From: an uncultured Verrucomicrobiae bacterium
Lineage (GTDB): Bacteria > Verrucomicrobiota > Verrucomicrobiia > Limisphaerales > JAFGQR01
NCBI GenBank assembly: GCA_963788655.1
Contig: CAWBHS010000060.1
Span: forward strand, 192,001 to 256,000
DNA: 64,000 bases
Reading direction: 5' to 3'
How positions within the stretch are numbered: the stretch's first letter is position 1; every line of letters starts with the position of its first letter. The notes under the pieces are model-generated. The model ran no database searches. It was not told the origin of the DNA and saw only the letters and a list, made by a program, of their open reading frames with translations. The position numbers and the translations under genes were made by a program. Shown here piece by piece: positions 10,296 to 21,700 of this stretch.

Positions 10296-11474
10296 TCAAT
10301 CCGACTTCAACTTGCCGATCCAATACGCAGTGCGCTTTAAATAATAGCCCGGCGACAACGGCCGGTAGTCCAAGTAAGTGAATCCGGGAATTTGCTTTGG
10401 CACTGCGGGCTCAATCTGAGTGCCTTCGTGCCACTCATTGAATGAAGTAATTCCCACCAACTCTGGCGAGACTCCCAACACAGCAGACCACATCCGATCG
10501 TAGTAAGCGCCCGACTCCCGGTCGCGAGTGTTTACCCCGTTCCACGGACGGATGCGGGTGTCGATGTAACCTGGCGCAACGCAGGGGATGAAAAGCTTGT
10601 GATGGGCTCGGGCCCATTCGGCCAATCGGGGCCAGTTGCGGGTGGTCGAACCGTAGGTGAAACCGTCGGTCGCAAAGTAGGTATAAAATCCGTCGAAACC
10701 GCCTTCCAGCATGAATCGCTCTTCGTGTTCCTTGACCCAAAGCCCAATCACCACGGCATCAGCAGGGGTGCCGCGAATGGTCTGGCGGCCTTCGGGAGTC
10801 AGGAGGTTGGCCCATTCCTGAGCCGGCGTCCGGTAGGAATCATAGAGGAAGAACACGGGCCGATTCCCGTAGTCGGGCAAACGATGGCACGCCGGCGAAT
10901 CGCCAAACTTCCCGATCAGATACATGATCGCGTCGCGGGTCGTGGTAGCGTTGCGGCCTGGAAATGGTTCCAGATGGAAGTTGATCTTCAGGCCGGCCTC
11001 TTCCGCCACTTGGAACAAGCCGGGTAAAGCACGATCAGTATAACTGCCCTTCCCCCACCAACTGACACAAATTGCGCGCACGCCCGCCTCGCGCAACTGC
11101 CGCACATGTTCACGAAGCACTTTGAGATCGTTGGCGCTGTAGCAACCGAGCGCCGGATAAAAGTTCGACCCAATGTCCGGCCCACCCGGGAAGGACCGTG
11201 GCGGCTCGTTGCGCACGGCCACCGGATGATTCCAGTTGGCGTAACGCCCGTCGGTCTTGGGATTGCCATACCAGGGATAATAAAAAGCGATCGCTCGAGC
11301 GAATCGACTAGTCGAGCTCTGGCTTCTTTGTATCGCCGTGGATCGACCGGAGCCGGACGTGCTCGACTTTTCCGGTGGAGAAACAACAGGCTGGTCGGCT
11401 GCGGGCAGTACCCCGAGCGGTATCACGAGCAGCAGCGCGAGCGCAAAGGTGTTTCGTTGCACGAGGTTCATCAT
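10296..11474 (-). CDS. GH99 endo-alpha-1,2-mannosidase/mannanase
   Basis: Signal peptide, FYYPWYGNP, NFYPALGCYS, VSWWG, FHLEP, FDGFYTYFA, PGYIDTRIRPWN and the catalytic motif ITSFNEWHEGTQIEPA. Confidence 0.93.
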   Translation of the reverse strand: MMNLVQRNTFALALLLVIPLGVLPAADQPVVSPPEKSSTSGSGRSTAIQRSQSSTSRFARAIAFYYPWYGNPKTDGRYANWNHPVAVRNEPPRSFPGGPDIGSNFYPALGCYSANDLKVLREHVRQLREAGVRAICVSWWGKGSYTDRALPGLFQVAEEAGLKINFHLEPFPGRNATTTRDAIMYLIGKFGDSPACHRLPDYGNRPVFFLYDSYRTPAQEWANLLTPEGRQTIRGTPADAVVIGLWVKEHEERFMLEGGFDGFYTYFATDGFTYGSTTRNWPRLAEWARAHHKLFIPCVAPGYIDTRIRPWNGVNTRDRESGAYYDRMWSAVLGVSPELVGITSFNEWHEGTQIEPAVPKQIPGFTYLDYRPLSPGYYLKRTAYWIGKLKSD

Positions 11475-11621
11475 AGCAGGCTTCTGTTTGCCATTTCAAA
11501 AGAATGGGCTGGACTGTGCATCTGACTTCATGCGTGGCAAACCGAAGTTAAGGCGCAAATGCCCACCCGCGATCCGATCCAGTCAAAAGGCACGTTCCTC
11601 ACCTGAACCTTAACTTCGGCC

Positions 11622-13649
11622 TCACGGTACGCGCTCCAGTTTCAGGTAGTCGAGGCCGGCCATGTACGCCTTCTTTGCTTTTTCGTTGGCGCCGACAATC
11701 TCCAGCGTCAGTCGGTGCTGGCCCTTCTTCATTTCATGCGTGCCGAGGTCCAACGGACCGGTGGGAATGACGCTCTGATTGTATAAATCCATTGGCTTGC
11801 CCAGTTTCTGACTGTCGAGCGACAATTGCACGATGCCGTAATCCACCGCTTTGGTGAGCTGCGCGGTCAGCTTATACGTGCCGTCCTTCGCCACGGGTAC
11901 CGCCACCGTCAGTCGGTCGCCCGGCTTGCCTTTGGTCCACCACAGATGCGTCTCATTGCTCCAGTTCCCGGGACGGCGTGACAAGTCCTGCGGAGCCGCA
12001 CCGCCCCCGGTGCATTCGAGGATCTTCAACTCTTCGCCTTCGAGCGCCCCAGCGACGCGCAAGTTCGGAGGCTGAACGTACCAACCGGTGCGTTCTTTCA
12101 GGGACACTGCTGGGTATGCGTCCGCCTGGCCGCTGGCTTGATACCAATAGGCGACCGCCGCGTATCGCGTGGGCTTGTCGTTCTTGTAATACTTTTCAAT
12201 GTCCGCCTCGAAGGACTGCTGGAAGGGAACATTGTCGGCAATCTGCCAACGATTGACACTGATGTGCCCACGGCTGCGGCCGTCATTGTGCGGTTGATTG
12301 TGGAACGCGTGGAAGAAGAGTTGCGGCGAACTCCAGGCATATCCGAAATAATCCTCTGAGCCGGTGCCGATGGTGGACGGAAATTTCTCGCCGTTCACGA
12401 AGAATTTCTCGTCACCCTCACCCCACCAGCCGCCCTTCGGATTCCAGATGTGCAACATCACACCAACGAAGCGCCCGGTTCCTTGCGTCTTCAGCATCGT
12501 CCAGTCGATCGCGCGCCGCTCGGGTTCTGAAGGCAGGAAGGCATCGAGATGCCACTTCGCGTGGAAACGTGCCAGTGTCTCGATGGGGTGCGCGAGTGGT
12601 GCGTGCGTAACTCGGAACTCAACGGTGCGTTGCTCGGTACCGTCGTTGACCAGCTCGAGGCGCGCCTGCTTTCCAAACGGCATATACCAAAACGAGTAAA
12701 AGCCGTCGGCCGTCATGCCCAACGGCAGCGAGCGATACGGGTTGTAGCCCGGCGCCGCGCCGAAGAAATCCCCCAGCGGTACCCAAACGGCAGGCTGGGG
12801 GTCGTTGTCCCAGGTGATCCGCAGACAGAGTTCGCGCAACACATCCCGCTCAGCCGGCGCGGCGGGCAAATCCAGTTGGGCGCGCAAGGCGGTAATCGCC
12901 CGCGGGCCGTCCAGGTTGGCGATCACCGCCGTCTCCCCAGCACCAACGGTAACCGTCTTTTGCATCGTGCTCTCGCCGGCGCGTGGGCTTGCCGGATCAT
13001 CGCCGCAATGTTTGCTTAGAAACTCGTCCGCTTTCGCTAGGGCAGTGAGTTCTTCCGCGGATAAATCCCGGTGAAAGGTCGGCACCACAGTGTCTTTAGG
13101 ATAGGTTGTGTAGGTGAATTGGTAGTATCTCCCCCAATCTTTCTCCGCGACAATCTTGCAAGACTTTTGGAACGGGATGGGCACGTAACAGTTCTTACCG
13201 TTGGCGACCGTGTGGCAAAGTGCTTGGCCTTGGAACGGCGCCTCGGTGCCATCAAAGTATTTGCTGAACGGCAGGTCCACCGCCGGTTCAGCGGCACCAT
13301 CCAGGTAGATCTTAACGTGACCCTTGCCAGCCGTGGCGGACCAGATGCGCCAGATCACGCCGGGTCCTTCCATTTCCGCAAATACGGACAGGTCGCCTTC
13401 GCTGCGGATGATGCCCCCGCCGTCGCCGTTGGCATTCCAATTCACATACATGCCGGTAGCCGGGTCGTATTGAGTGGCGCGATTGTAGCTCGACCATTGC
13501 TGACATTTCTCCCCGGCCGTCGGCAGCACGGAGAGCGCTTCCAGATCGGTGAGCCGCTTGACGAGGTCCACGTAAGTAAACTTCTCCCCAGCAGTCAGGA
13601 TGACTTGAGAGATCAATAGCGAAAGGAGAATGGATATAACTTTCTTCAT
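11622..13649 (-). CDS. DUF2961 / GH172 family glycoside hydrolase with a C-terminal CBM-like domain
   Basis: Signal peptide MKKVISILL, QWSSYNR, GPGVIWRIWS, PLGDFF, WWGEGDEKFFVNGE and GTGSEDYFGYAW; tandem DUF2961-type halves. Confidence 0.88.
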   Translation of the reverse strand: MKKVISILLSLLISQVILTAGEKFTYVDLVKRLTDLEALSVLPTAGEKCQQWSSYNRATQYDPATGMYVNWNANGDGGGIIRSEGDLSVFAEMEGPGVIWRIWSATAGKGHVKIYLDGAAEPAVDLPFSKYFDGTEAPFQGQALCHTVANGKNCYVPIPFQKSCKIVAEKDWGRYYQFTYTTYPKDTVVPTFHRDLSAEELTALAKADEFLSKHCGDDPASPRAGESTMQKTVTVGAGETAVIANLDGPRAITALRAQLDLPAAPAERDVLRELCLRITWDNDPQPAVWVPLGDFFGAAPGYNPYRSLPLGMTADGFYSFWYMPFGKQARLELVNDGTEQRTVEFRVTHAPLAHPIETLARFHAKWHLDAFLPSEPERRAIDWTMLKTQGTGRFVGVMLHIWNPKGGWWGEGDEKFFVNGEKFPSTIGTGSEDYFGYAWSSPQLFFHAFHNQPHNDGRSRGHISVNRWQIADNVPFQQSFEADIEKYYKNDKPTRYAAVAYWYQASGQADAYPAVSLKERTGWYVQPPNLRVAGALEGEELKILECTGGGAAPQDLSRRPGNWSNETHLWWTKGKPGDRLTVAVPVAKDGTYKLTAQLTKAVDYGIVQLSLDSQKLGKPMDLYNQSVIPTGPLDLGTHEMKKGQHRLTLEIVGANEKAKKAYMAGLDYLKLERVP

Positions 13650-13937
13650 AGAAAGGCAGCTTACGGGAATGAAGCAAGATTTGTCATGCCGCGATTTTCG
13701 ATTGACCATGGGGCCGGGGACAGACATGCTTCAGACATGGGGAAGAAGCCCGAAATAGCCCCATTCTCGCGCGGGAACCGTAGAGACTGCTGCTGGCCCA
13801 AAGCCAGCGGAGCATCCTTGATCCTCACTGGTTTTGTGCCCCACACTCTATGCGATGCAATCGCCCAGACCGGACTCTTATCGAACTCACCCCGGCCTCA
13901 ATGATGAAGTTTTCATCCATCAACCTCACATTCGCGC

Positions 13938-15732
13938 ATGAGTAATCAGTCAACCCCGCTTGAGGAGCAAGTGATTGCGTTGCAGGAATCGCTGGCGCGC
14001 GTGGAAAATTCGCTCTCCCGCGTGGAGGCCCGGCTCGCCAGCCTGGAAGAAGCGCAGGGCCGGCGCGTCCCGTCGAACGTTCCACAGGCCATCCCAACAT
14101 CTCCGGAGCCCCGGCAGCAATCGAGTGCGACGGTCGCCAAAACCGAGAACTACGAGGAGGAAGCATCGCTGCGCGAAGCGCTCACCGCCGCTGGCGCAAA
14201 CATCGGCCCAGCCATGATTGGCGGCATCCTGCTGGTCCTGGCGGGAGGCTTCGTGCTTCGGGCTCTCGTCCGAGTCCGGCGAGTTGCCCCTCCTGGCGGG
14301 CACGTGGGTGGGTCTGGGCTATGCTGCAGTGTGGGCGGTCCTCTGCCATATTCTCGGCGCGCGGGGGCGGCGTCCGGAAGCGGCCGCCAGTGCCATTGCG
14401 GCGGTGCTGGTGGCGGTCCCGCTGATCTGGGAATCGACCGTCCGCTTCTCCACGCTGTCGCCTTGGGTGGCGGCGGCCTTGTTGATCGCCACCGCCGCTC
14501 TGGTGCTTCCCATCGCTGAGCGCCACCGGCTGGCGCTGGCTTCCGCCGCCGCAGTTCTGGCCATTGGGTGCGCCTCGGTGGCGCTGATGCTGGGTGGTCG
14601 GCCGCCCGAACCATTCGCTTTCACCCTGGCGTTGCTGGGAATTGCTGCGATCTGGGTGGGGCCGGGACGGGGAGGGCCTCTGCCCTGGGTCGGCTATGGC
14701 TTCGCTGACCTTGGCTTGTTGTTATTGCTCTTCGATTGCCTGAGCGAGCGTTCGGTCGCCCGGCCGGCACCGGCCGTCGCCATATTTGTGGGATTCTTCT
14801 TGGTGACCATGATCATCCTGGTCGTCGGCAGCAAGCGCACTGGCGAAGCCGGCGCACACCGCATCATCCAAGGGACGGCCGCAACGCTGTTGGGTTACGG
14901 AGGTGCCCTGCTCGTGGCGTGGAAACACCTCCCCGGGGTCGAGAGTTTCCTGGCGGCAACCGGTTTCGTCATCGGCGCCGGTGGTTACGCCTTTCTCCTG
15001 GTGGCTGTCCGTTGGTCCCGTGGGCATCGGTGGCCGTATCTCCTTTACAGCAGCCTGTCTTTGGTTATTGCGGCAATGTCGGTCAGCGCCCTGTGTTCGC
15101 CTGCCTGGCCTTTTGTCGCTTTCGCCCTAATCCTGGCCATGCTGAGCGTCACGATGGACCGGGTCAGCCCAGGACTGCATGCCGCCTTCTCTGTTCTCTT
15201 GGCTACTGTGGCCGGTGGGATGGGTGAAATGATTCGCCAAGCTTTCGTCTCCCTGGACATTACCCATTTGCCCCAAGTTAGTTTTCAAGCTGCGGCGACG
15301 CTCATTGCCGCCTGGTTCTGCGCGCTGCTCCCGCTCCGAGTCGATAGTCCTCTTTGGCCCCCCTGGCTGCCGCGCCTGGGACGCGCCATGGTGGTGTTGC
15401 TGGCATTAATGGGAACCGGCGCCATGGTCGTGCTGCTCGTAGCGCCTGCCATTGTCCAAGATGGCGCGAACCTGGATCCCGGCTATCTCGCCGCCCTGCG
15501 CACGGGGGTATTGGCCATCTCGGTCATCGCGGCAGCGGCGGTTTCCCGGTTCCACCGCCTGAGTCCGGCGCGCTGGCTCCTTTGGCCTTTGCTCGGCCTG
15601 ATCGCGCTCAAACTGGTAGTCGAAGATTTCCCGCACGGTCGCGCCATAAGCCTTGCTCCAGCGCTGCTGGTTTACGGCGTCGCCCTCATCTTCGCTCCAT
15701 TCCTGGCGCGCCGCGCCCGGCAGCCCACATAA
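13938..15732 (+). CDS. Polytopic membrane protein, DUF2339-like; frameshift near 14268
   Basis: N-terminal coiled coil (LARVENSLSRVEARLASLE), then IGGILLVLAGGFVLRAL, continuing in the 504-aa ORF with many hydrophobic helices. Confidence 0.7.
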
Positions 15733-15795
15733 ACGATGAGACGATTCGTATCCAATCCTCGTTAACACCTGCGGCCGCAATCGCTGGTCCCGTGA

Positions 15796-18700
15796 TCAAT
15801 AGAGCGATACGGCCCGGTAGAACCGATGTCGAGGTCCTGCCTCGGAGTGAAGGAGCAGGCTCGTCGAAGTTGCCTGGATGGCGCCGGCTTCGATGCGGTT
15901 CCAAACCTGAAGGTCGAACGATTCTTCGATCACAAACCATTGTCCGGCATTGCCGCGCACTTGGAGCAGGAGCTGTCCGGAATCCGTCACTTCAACAACT
16001 TTCAATTGCAGCACTGCCGGTTGAACTGAGAAATTGACCGTGGCGGTTGCGGTTTCCATTTCTCCATCCGTGACCGTAAGCACCACTTCGTGATCGCCCA
16101 AGGGGAGGAAGGCCTCCGCCGCCCGACCAACGCCAAACGCTTCACCTCCCAAGCTCCATACGAAAGCCGAATCCGGCAGCGATTCCTCTTCCTGATCCGT
16201 TGCACTGGCCTCGAACCGGATTGGTTGGCCGGGGGCAAAGCGGGCGTTTGTTTGCGGCTCGCGAATGATCGGCAGGGGTGGCTTATTGGGAACCGCAAAG
16301 AAATATTCCATATCGGAAATTGTGGTGTTCAGGCCATCGGTGGCAATGAGGCGCAACAAAGCTTCTTCGCTGCCGGGCAATATGGACGGATCGACTTCCA
16401 GGCCATCGCCTTGGATTCCATGCGCGACGGGAATCCAATGGACTCCCTGATCGGGGCTATAGAACAATGAATAAGTCACTTCGTCACCGTCCGGATCGTC
16501 TCCGAACCATTCGACCAGGAAAGGCTCATCCAAGTAGGCCCCGGGTTCGGGAGCAACGATGAATACTTCCGGCGGACTAGGAGTTCTGGATAATTCTGCA
16601 ATCGCCGCTCCGGCGCGCATCAATTCAATTGACGCCATGCCTTCGACTTCGGGAATTTGGAAGTCAAAAGCTACTCGCGCCAACGGATTACCTTCCACAT
16701 CCTCAAAGACAACATCGAAGAATATTTCCAAAAGAATCTCGCCGGCCTCATCAAGCAGGCGCACGGAATAGGGCCCTTCACGAACCGGCAGATGCGGCAC
16801 TCCCGGGAGCGTGCGAACCGGATTCAAGTGGCCTCCACCGTCCCGATCCACCCAACCCGTCACCTGGTAAATTGAGGTTATCTGCTCTTGCATTCTTTCG
16901 GTCATGCTCGCAAACGCAGCACTGGGAGATTGGCGGAAATGGTTCAGAAGATTGGTCCAGTGATAAGTTGAAATCCATGCCGGAGGTGCCTGGCCGGAGT
17001 TGCAGTATGACATAAAATCGGGAATGGCATCGTCCACGATCGTGTCCGGATCCACGGGCGGGCGGGTGTCAAATCCAAATTCCTGGATGTCATCATTATT
17101 CCACGGCCAAACCAGATTCGGACCGGAAGCGCCGCAACCGAAATTCGGATCGGGCGTTCCCCCGGTGCTACTCCAAGTCGCTGGATTGGGATTGCCCACG
17201 TGCCGTCCCCAGGTGCCGTTGGTACTGCGGTCCAAATTGTGCGTGACCTCATGGGCAATCACTCGTTCGTCGAAGCCACCGAAGGCGTCCGGAGCCGCCC
17301 GCACCACCGTTGCTTTGCCGTTGTTGATCCAAACGGGATTCGAGTCTCCCCCGTCCGTGTTGCCGGCCGTGAAACCAACCAATTGATCCGGCAATTCAAA
17401 CGGCGGATTACCCGTGACCAACAGGCCGAATACCCAGCCCAATACCACGTTGCGCATATAGTCATTCAGTTCGTCCTTGGTGTTGTTCAGCGTGGTGGCG
17501 CCAATGACTTTCCAGGATTTGCGAGTAAACTTGACAGCCGGAACCGGGTAAATGCTTTGCAGATAACCTTCCTGGATACCGATCTGATTGTTGTTCGGCA
17601 AAACGGGTGACGAGGCCGAACCGGTGTTGATGGGAATGGTCCATATTCGCGGCGTGGAACAAGGAATGAACTGAACGGGTGTCGGATTGGACATCGCCGA
17701 ATTTTGTCCGCCCGCATATCTGACCTCCCCTTTAAACACTACCTGACCATGCGTCCAACCTGCCGGCAGCAGGAAAAAGGGCGTATCATCCAGGTCATCG
17801 CGGTCCGCTGACAACGGCAAGGTAAACGTCTGCGTTAGCGGTGAGCCGGCCAGCGCACTGCCATTCGACGAAGCGTGAAGAAATACTTGGGCGGGTTGCG
17901 GCACGGACGAGTTTCCGACGGTGAGGTATAATCGCGCGACGGTCTTTTTGTCTTCAACCAGGGGCAACGAGTTTTGCCGATTCTGAATGGCCTGAGTCAC
18001 TTCGATCGCTTGTCCTTCGAAGCTGATATTGGCATTGGGATCACCCGAGGGAATGGGTTCGACCGGGCGAGGCCAATCCTGGAATTCGATTTCGATCCAA
18101 TTCTTGATCGCGTGCATCGAAGCTTCCGGCAACTCGGCGTGAAACGCGGGACTGTCCGAATCGATGGCCAGCCGAAGTTGAGGCGGATTACCGCTGCGGA
18201 CGTCAAGGGCCTCCAGGTCGATGGCCATTTCCACCACGCGATGCGGATTGCATTCAACAACGCGGCCGTCCTGGATCAACATCGAAAAATCTGCGGGAAA
18301 GCAATCGAAGCCCTCGGCCACACTCGAGAAAGCGACTGGCTCGGGCGCAGACCATTCGTCGTTACCCAAGTAGCGCTGCAATTCCAGAAAGCCGGCGTTT
18401 GCCATCAGGGATAAGCGGAAATCGACTTGGGGCGTCAATTCGCCATTGTGATCCCAATCCACCAGCAAGTGGCAGGCGTCGCCCATATCCAGTTGGTCAT
18501 CCGTGAGCACGTTGACCAACAGATAGAGTCGCCCGCGATCATTGATCCAGGCCGTGAACCCCTGCTCGAAGTAGAAGGTTGCCGCGCCATCCCATTCGCC
18601 CCAAGTCAGCTTGCCATCAATGATCGGTGTACGCGTTGCGGGTTCGGCGGTGAGTTGCACATTGGGTGGTACCGGATAGCTGGTATTATCCAGCGGATCG

Positions 18701-21700
18701 GATCCTTCCTGCAACTCGGTGCCATCATCCACGCCGTCCCCATCGGAGTCCGGATTTCCCGCATGAAGTCCACGCCAGGCTTCGTCGAAACTGGTGACGC
18801 CATCGCCGTCGGGATCGGACAGGGCATCATCGGCCAGACTGGGATCCAGACCTTCTTGTTCCTCGTAATCGTCCGCCATTCCGTCGCGATCCGAATCGGC
18901 TGACACGGTAAATGATCTTTCCGCCGCCAACTCGTAACCATCGGCGTCGTGGATGATCAATTGCACCCAATGTTCCCCGGGGGCCAACGGTGCCAGCAAA
19001 AGGGAGAAGCCGCTCCCCACGGACTGAGTATCGCCATCCAAATACCAGGCGGCGGAGACAGATTTTCCTTCCGGATCCAGCGCGGCGCCTTCTACTGGAA
19101 TCGAATCCCATTGAAGATACTGGCTGTCCGGTGCCGGTGAACTGATATGAACAATGGGCATCTTGCCGCTGACCGAGAAAACGTCATCGCTCTCGTCCTC
19201 GCTCTCATTGAATCCATCCGAAGCGACGACGCGAATTCTCGCTTCCATTCCCCCCGGCAGATTGGACGCGTTCGCCACATAAACCGTCTCCGTCAATCCC
19301 ACCGCGATGGGGAACCATTGATTCCCATCCGGACTGTAGAACAAGGAGTAGGTCAACGCGCTATGATCCCGGTCGTCTGCCTGCCATTCAATCCAGATGG
19401 GGTCGCTGTCAACAAACCCTTCACCCCCGTTGGGCGTGAGCAATTCCACGACAGGCGCGTAGGCGGACCGGTAATGGCGCTCGGGGGCTCCCACGGGCGG
19501 GACCACCTCGAACCATTCGGCGCCCTCGGGCCACGCTGTCACCAAGCTGGCCAGGATCACGGAATCGCCCGATGACCAAGTCTCTTGCACCGGAGTTTGA
19601 ATCGGAAATCCCAAATCTAGCCAAATGCTGTCGCGCGCACCAATCCTCAGTCGGAAAGGACTGTCGGGCATGGGAGCTTCTGCTTCCAGGTCCATTGACA
19701 GGCCGAAATCCAGAAATCCAAGACCTCCTTCAGGATCCAGCACGGCATCCACAGCAAGCATCGGGGTCCGGCTTTCGCTGGCCGATACGGGACTCATCGT
19801 ACTCGTCCCCACTCTGTTGGTGAGCTTTTGGAAGATGGACAAATAATCGGCGTCGCGGAAAAACGCCATGTCCGGGGGGCCCGTCCAGGCTCGCATGTTC
19901 GAATAGATCTTACTGGGGTCAATTCGTTGATGGCGCGCATAAGCTTGCCAGGCCAACGGGGGATTATTGGCGTGGTTAAGTCCGAAATTGTGCCCTAGCT
20001 CATGTCCCAAGACGACATAGTCGCCGGGAGTGATCCATGAATAGGGAGAATTCAGCAAACCCGTGCCCGGATCAAACTGATGGAATTCTTTGTTCATCGG
20101 ATGAAACGAATTCGGAAACCAAAGGGTGACATAGTCCGCTTTGGCATAGTCCGTTCCAACGAAGTCGTTGTAATCCTTGAACACTTTCTTCGCCGGTGCC
20201 CAAAGCAGGTTGGCCCCGACATTCTCCCATTTTCTCTGCATGGGCAGCTTGGTTTCGCTGTTCTTGTCGAAGCAGTAGTTGCCGTTGGTATCCACGTAGG
20301 ACCGAAACGTTTCCCCCTGGTCATACTGACTGAGATTGGTCAGCCATTGCCCGGTTTGGAGGTCAAAAAACTCGGCAACGTAATGGGGCAAATCATCCTC
20401 GATGGTGCCGTTGTGATTATCATCCAAAGGCCAGGCATAACGCCGTCCTTCCCATTGCGCCGGCGTTCCCGGAGTGAACAGACCGAACGGAGTGGCCGCC
20501 GGCAGGTTCACCAGGTTGGAACTCGTAATACGCCCGCCGATGATCGAGTCCCCTTTGCACGTCGTGATGTTCGTGTCCACGACCGATTCATGTTCCGGGC
20601 GCCACAAACCCGAAGGATCGGTATCCTTGAACCGCCATTCAAATCCCGTGCCCTTGCAAAAGCTGTTCTGCGTGATGCCGTCGCAAACGTGATGCGGCAT
20701 GGTGTACGTGAACTTAATCCCCGTCTTATCCGGACTCCCGATGGAGCTGTATCCATCCCGCATGGGGAACAGTCGCGCCATCCGATCCAATTGCTCAAAC
20801 ACGCGGTCGTGATCTTTGGCCAACAGGTTATAATCGAACAATTGACCTTCGACCGGCAGGATCAGCAAACGAACCGGTTTGGTCTCCGCAAAGGTAAACC
20901 AACGATTGGCGCAAGGCACCTCCAACGGCGGGCCAATCGGGGTCACGCCAACATACGATTGAAATGTCATGGCGTATTCCCCCGCCTGGTCCACTTGGTC
21001 CGCCGAAATCCAAAAATGCACTCCCGCCAAGTCGCCGGCCGAAGTGAAGTTAACGGTCTGCGGGCTGTAGAGTTCGCCCCATGCGGTATCCACCAATACC
21101 GGACTGCCATTGACGCGTCGCCAAAGCGACATCAGCACGCCATCGACATAGCTTTTCGCGTTGCTGGCAGTGCGCGCCTCAAATTGCGCGCGCACGATGG
21201 TAAACTTACCAGCCACCAGCGGAGCGTCCACGTCGCAAACATCGTTGGTCCGCATGATACCTCGCTGGGTGAGATGAAAATTCACCAATTGCACGGTGGT
21301 CGGAGCCCCAATACTCAAGTTGATCGAATGACTGGCGATCTTACCGTTGGATCCCACCGCCCGAGCGGTCACGGAGTTGTAGCCTTCTTTCAAAACCAAT
21401 GGAATACGGAACCGATAGAAGAGTTCACCGGAAGCATTGAATACTGGAGTGAGGGCCGCCGGATTCCCATTGACGGTCACTTCTCGGATGATGCCGCTCT
21501 CGTGCATCGTGGTTCCTTGCAGGAGGATATTCGGTTGAATCAGAACCTGATTATTCGCGTGCGAGGTAATCGACACTGACGGCGCACTGCTGCTGACACA
21601 ATTCGCGCCACTGGGTTGAAAGGCGAGATCATCAATGGCTTCGGGAGAGCTAGTGTCACCATAGTCGATCACGACCATGCGCGTGGTTCCCGACGCGTCC

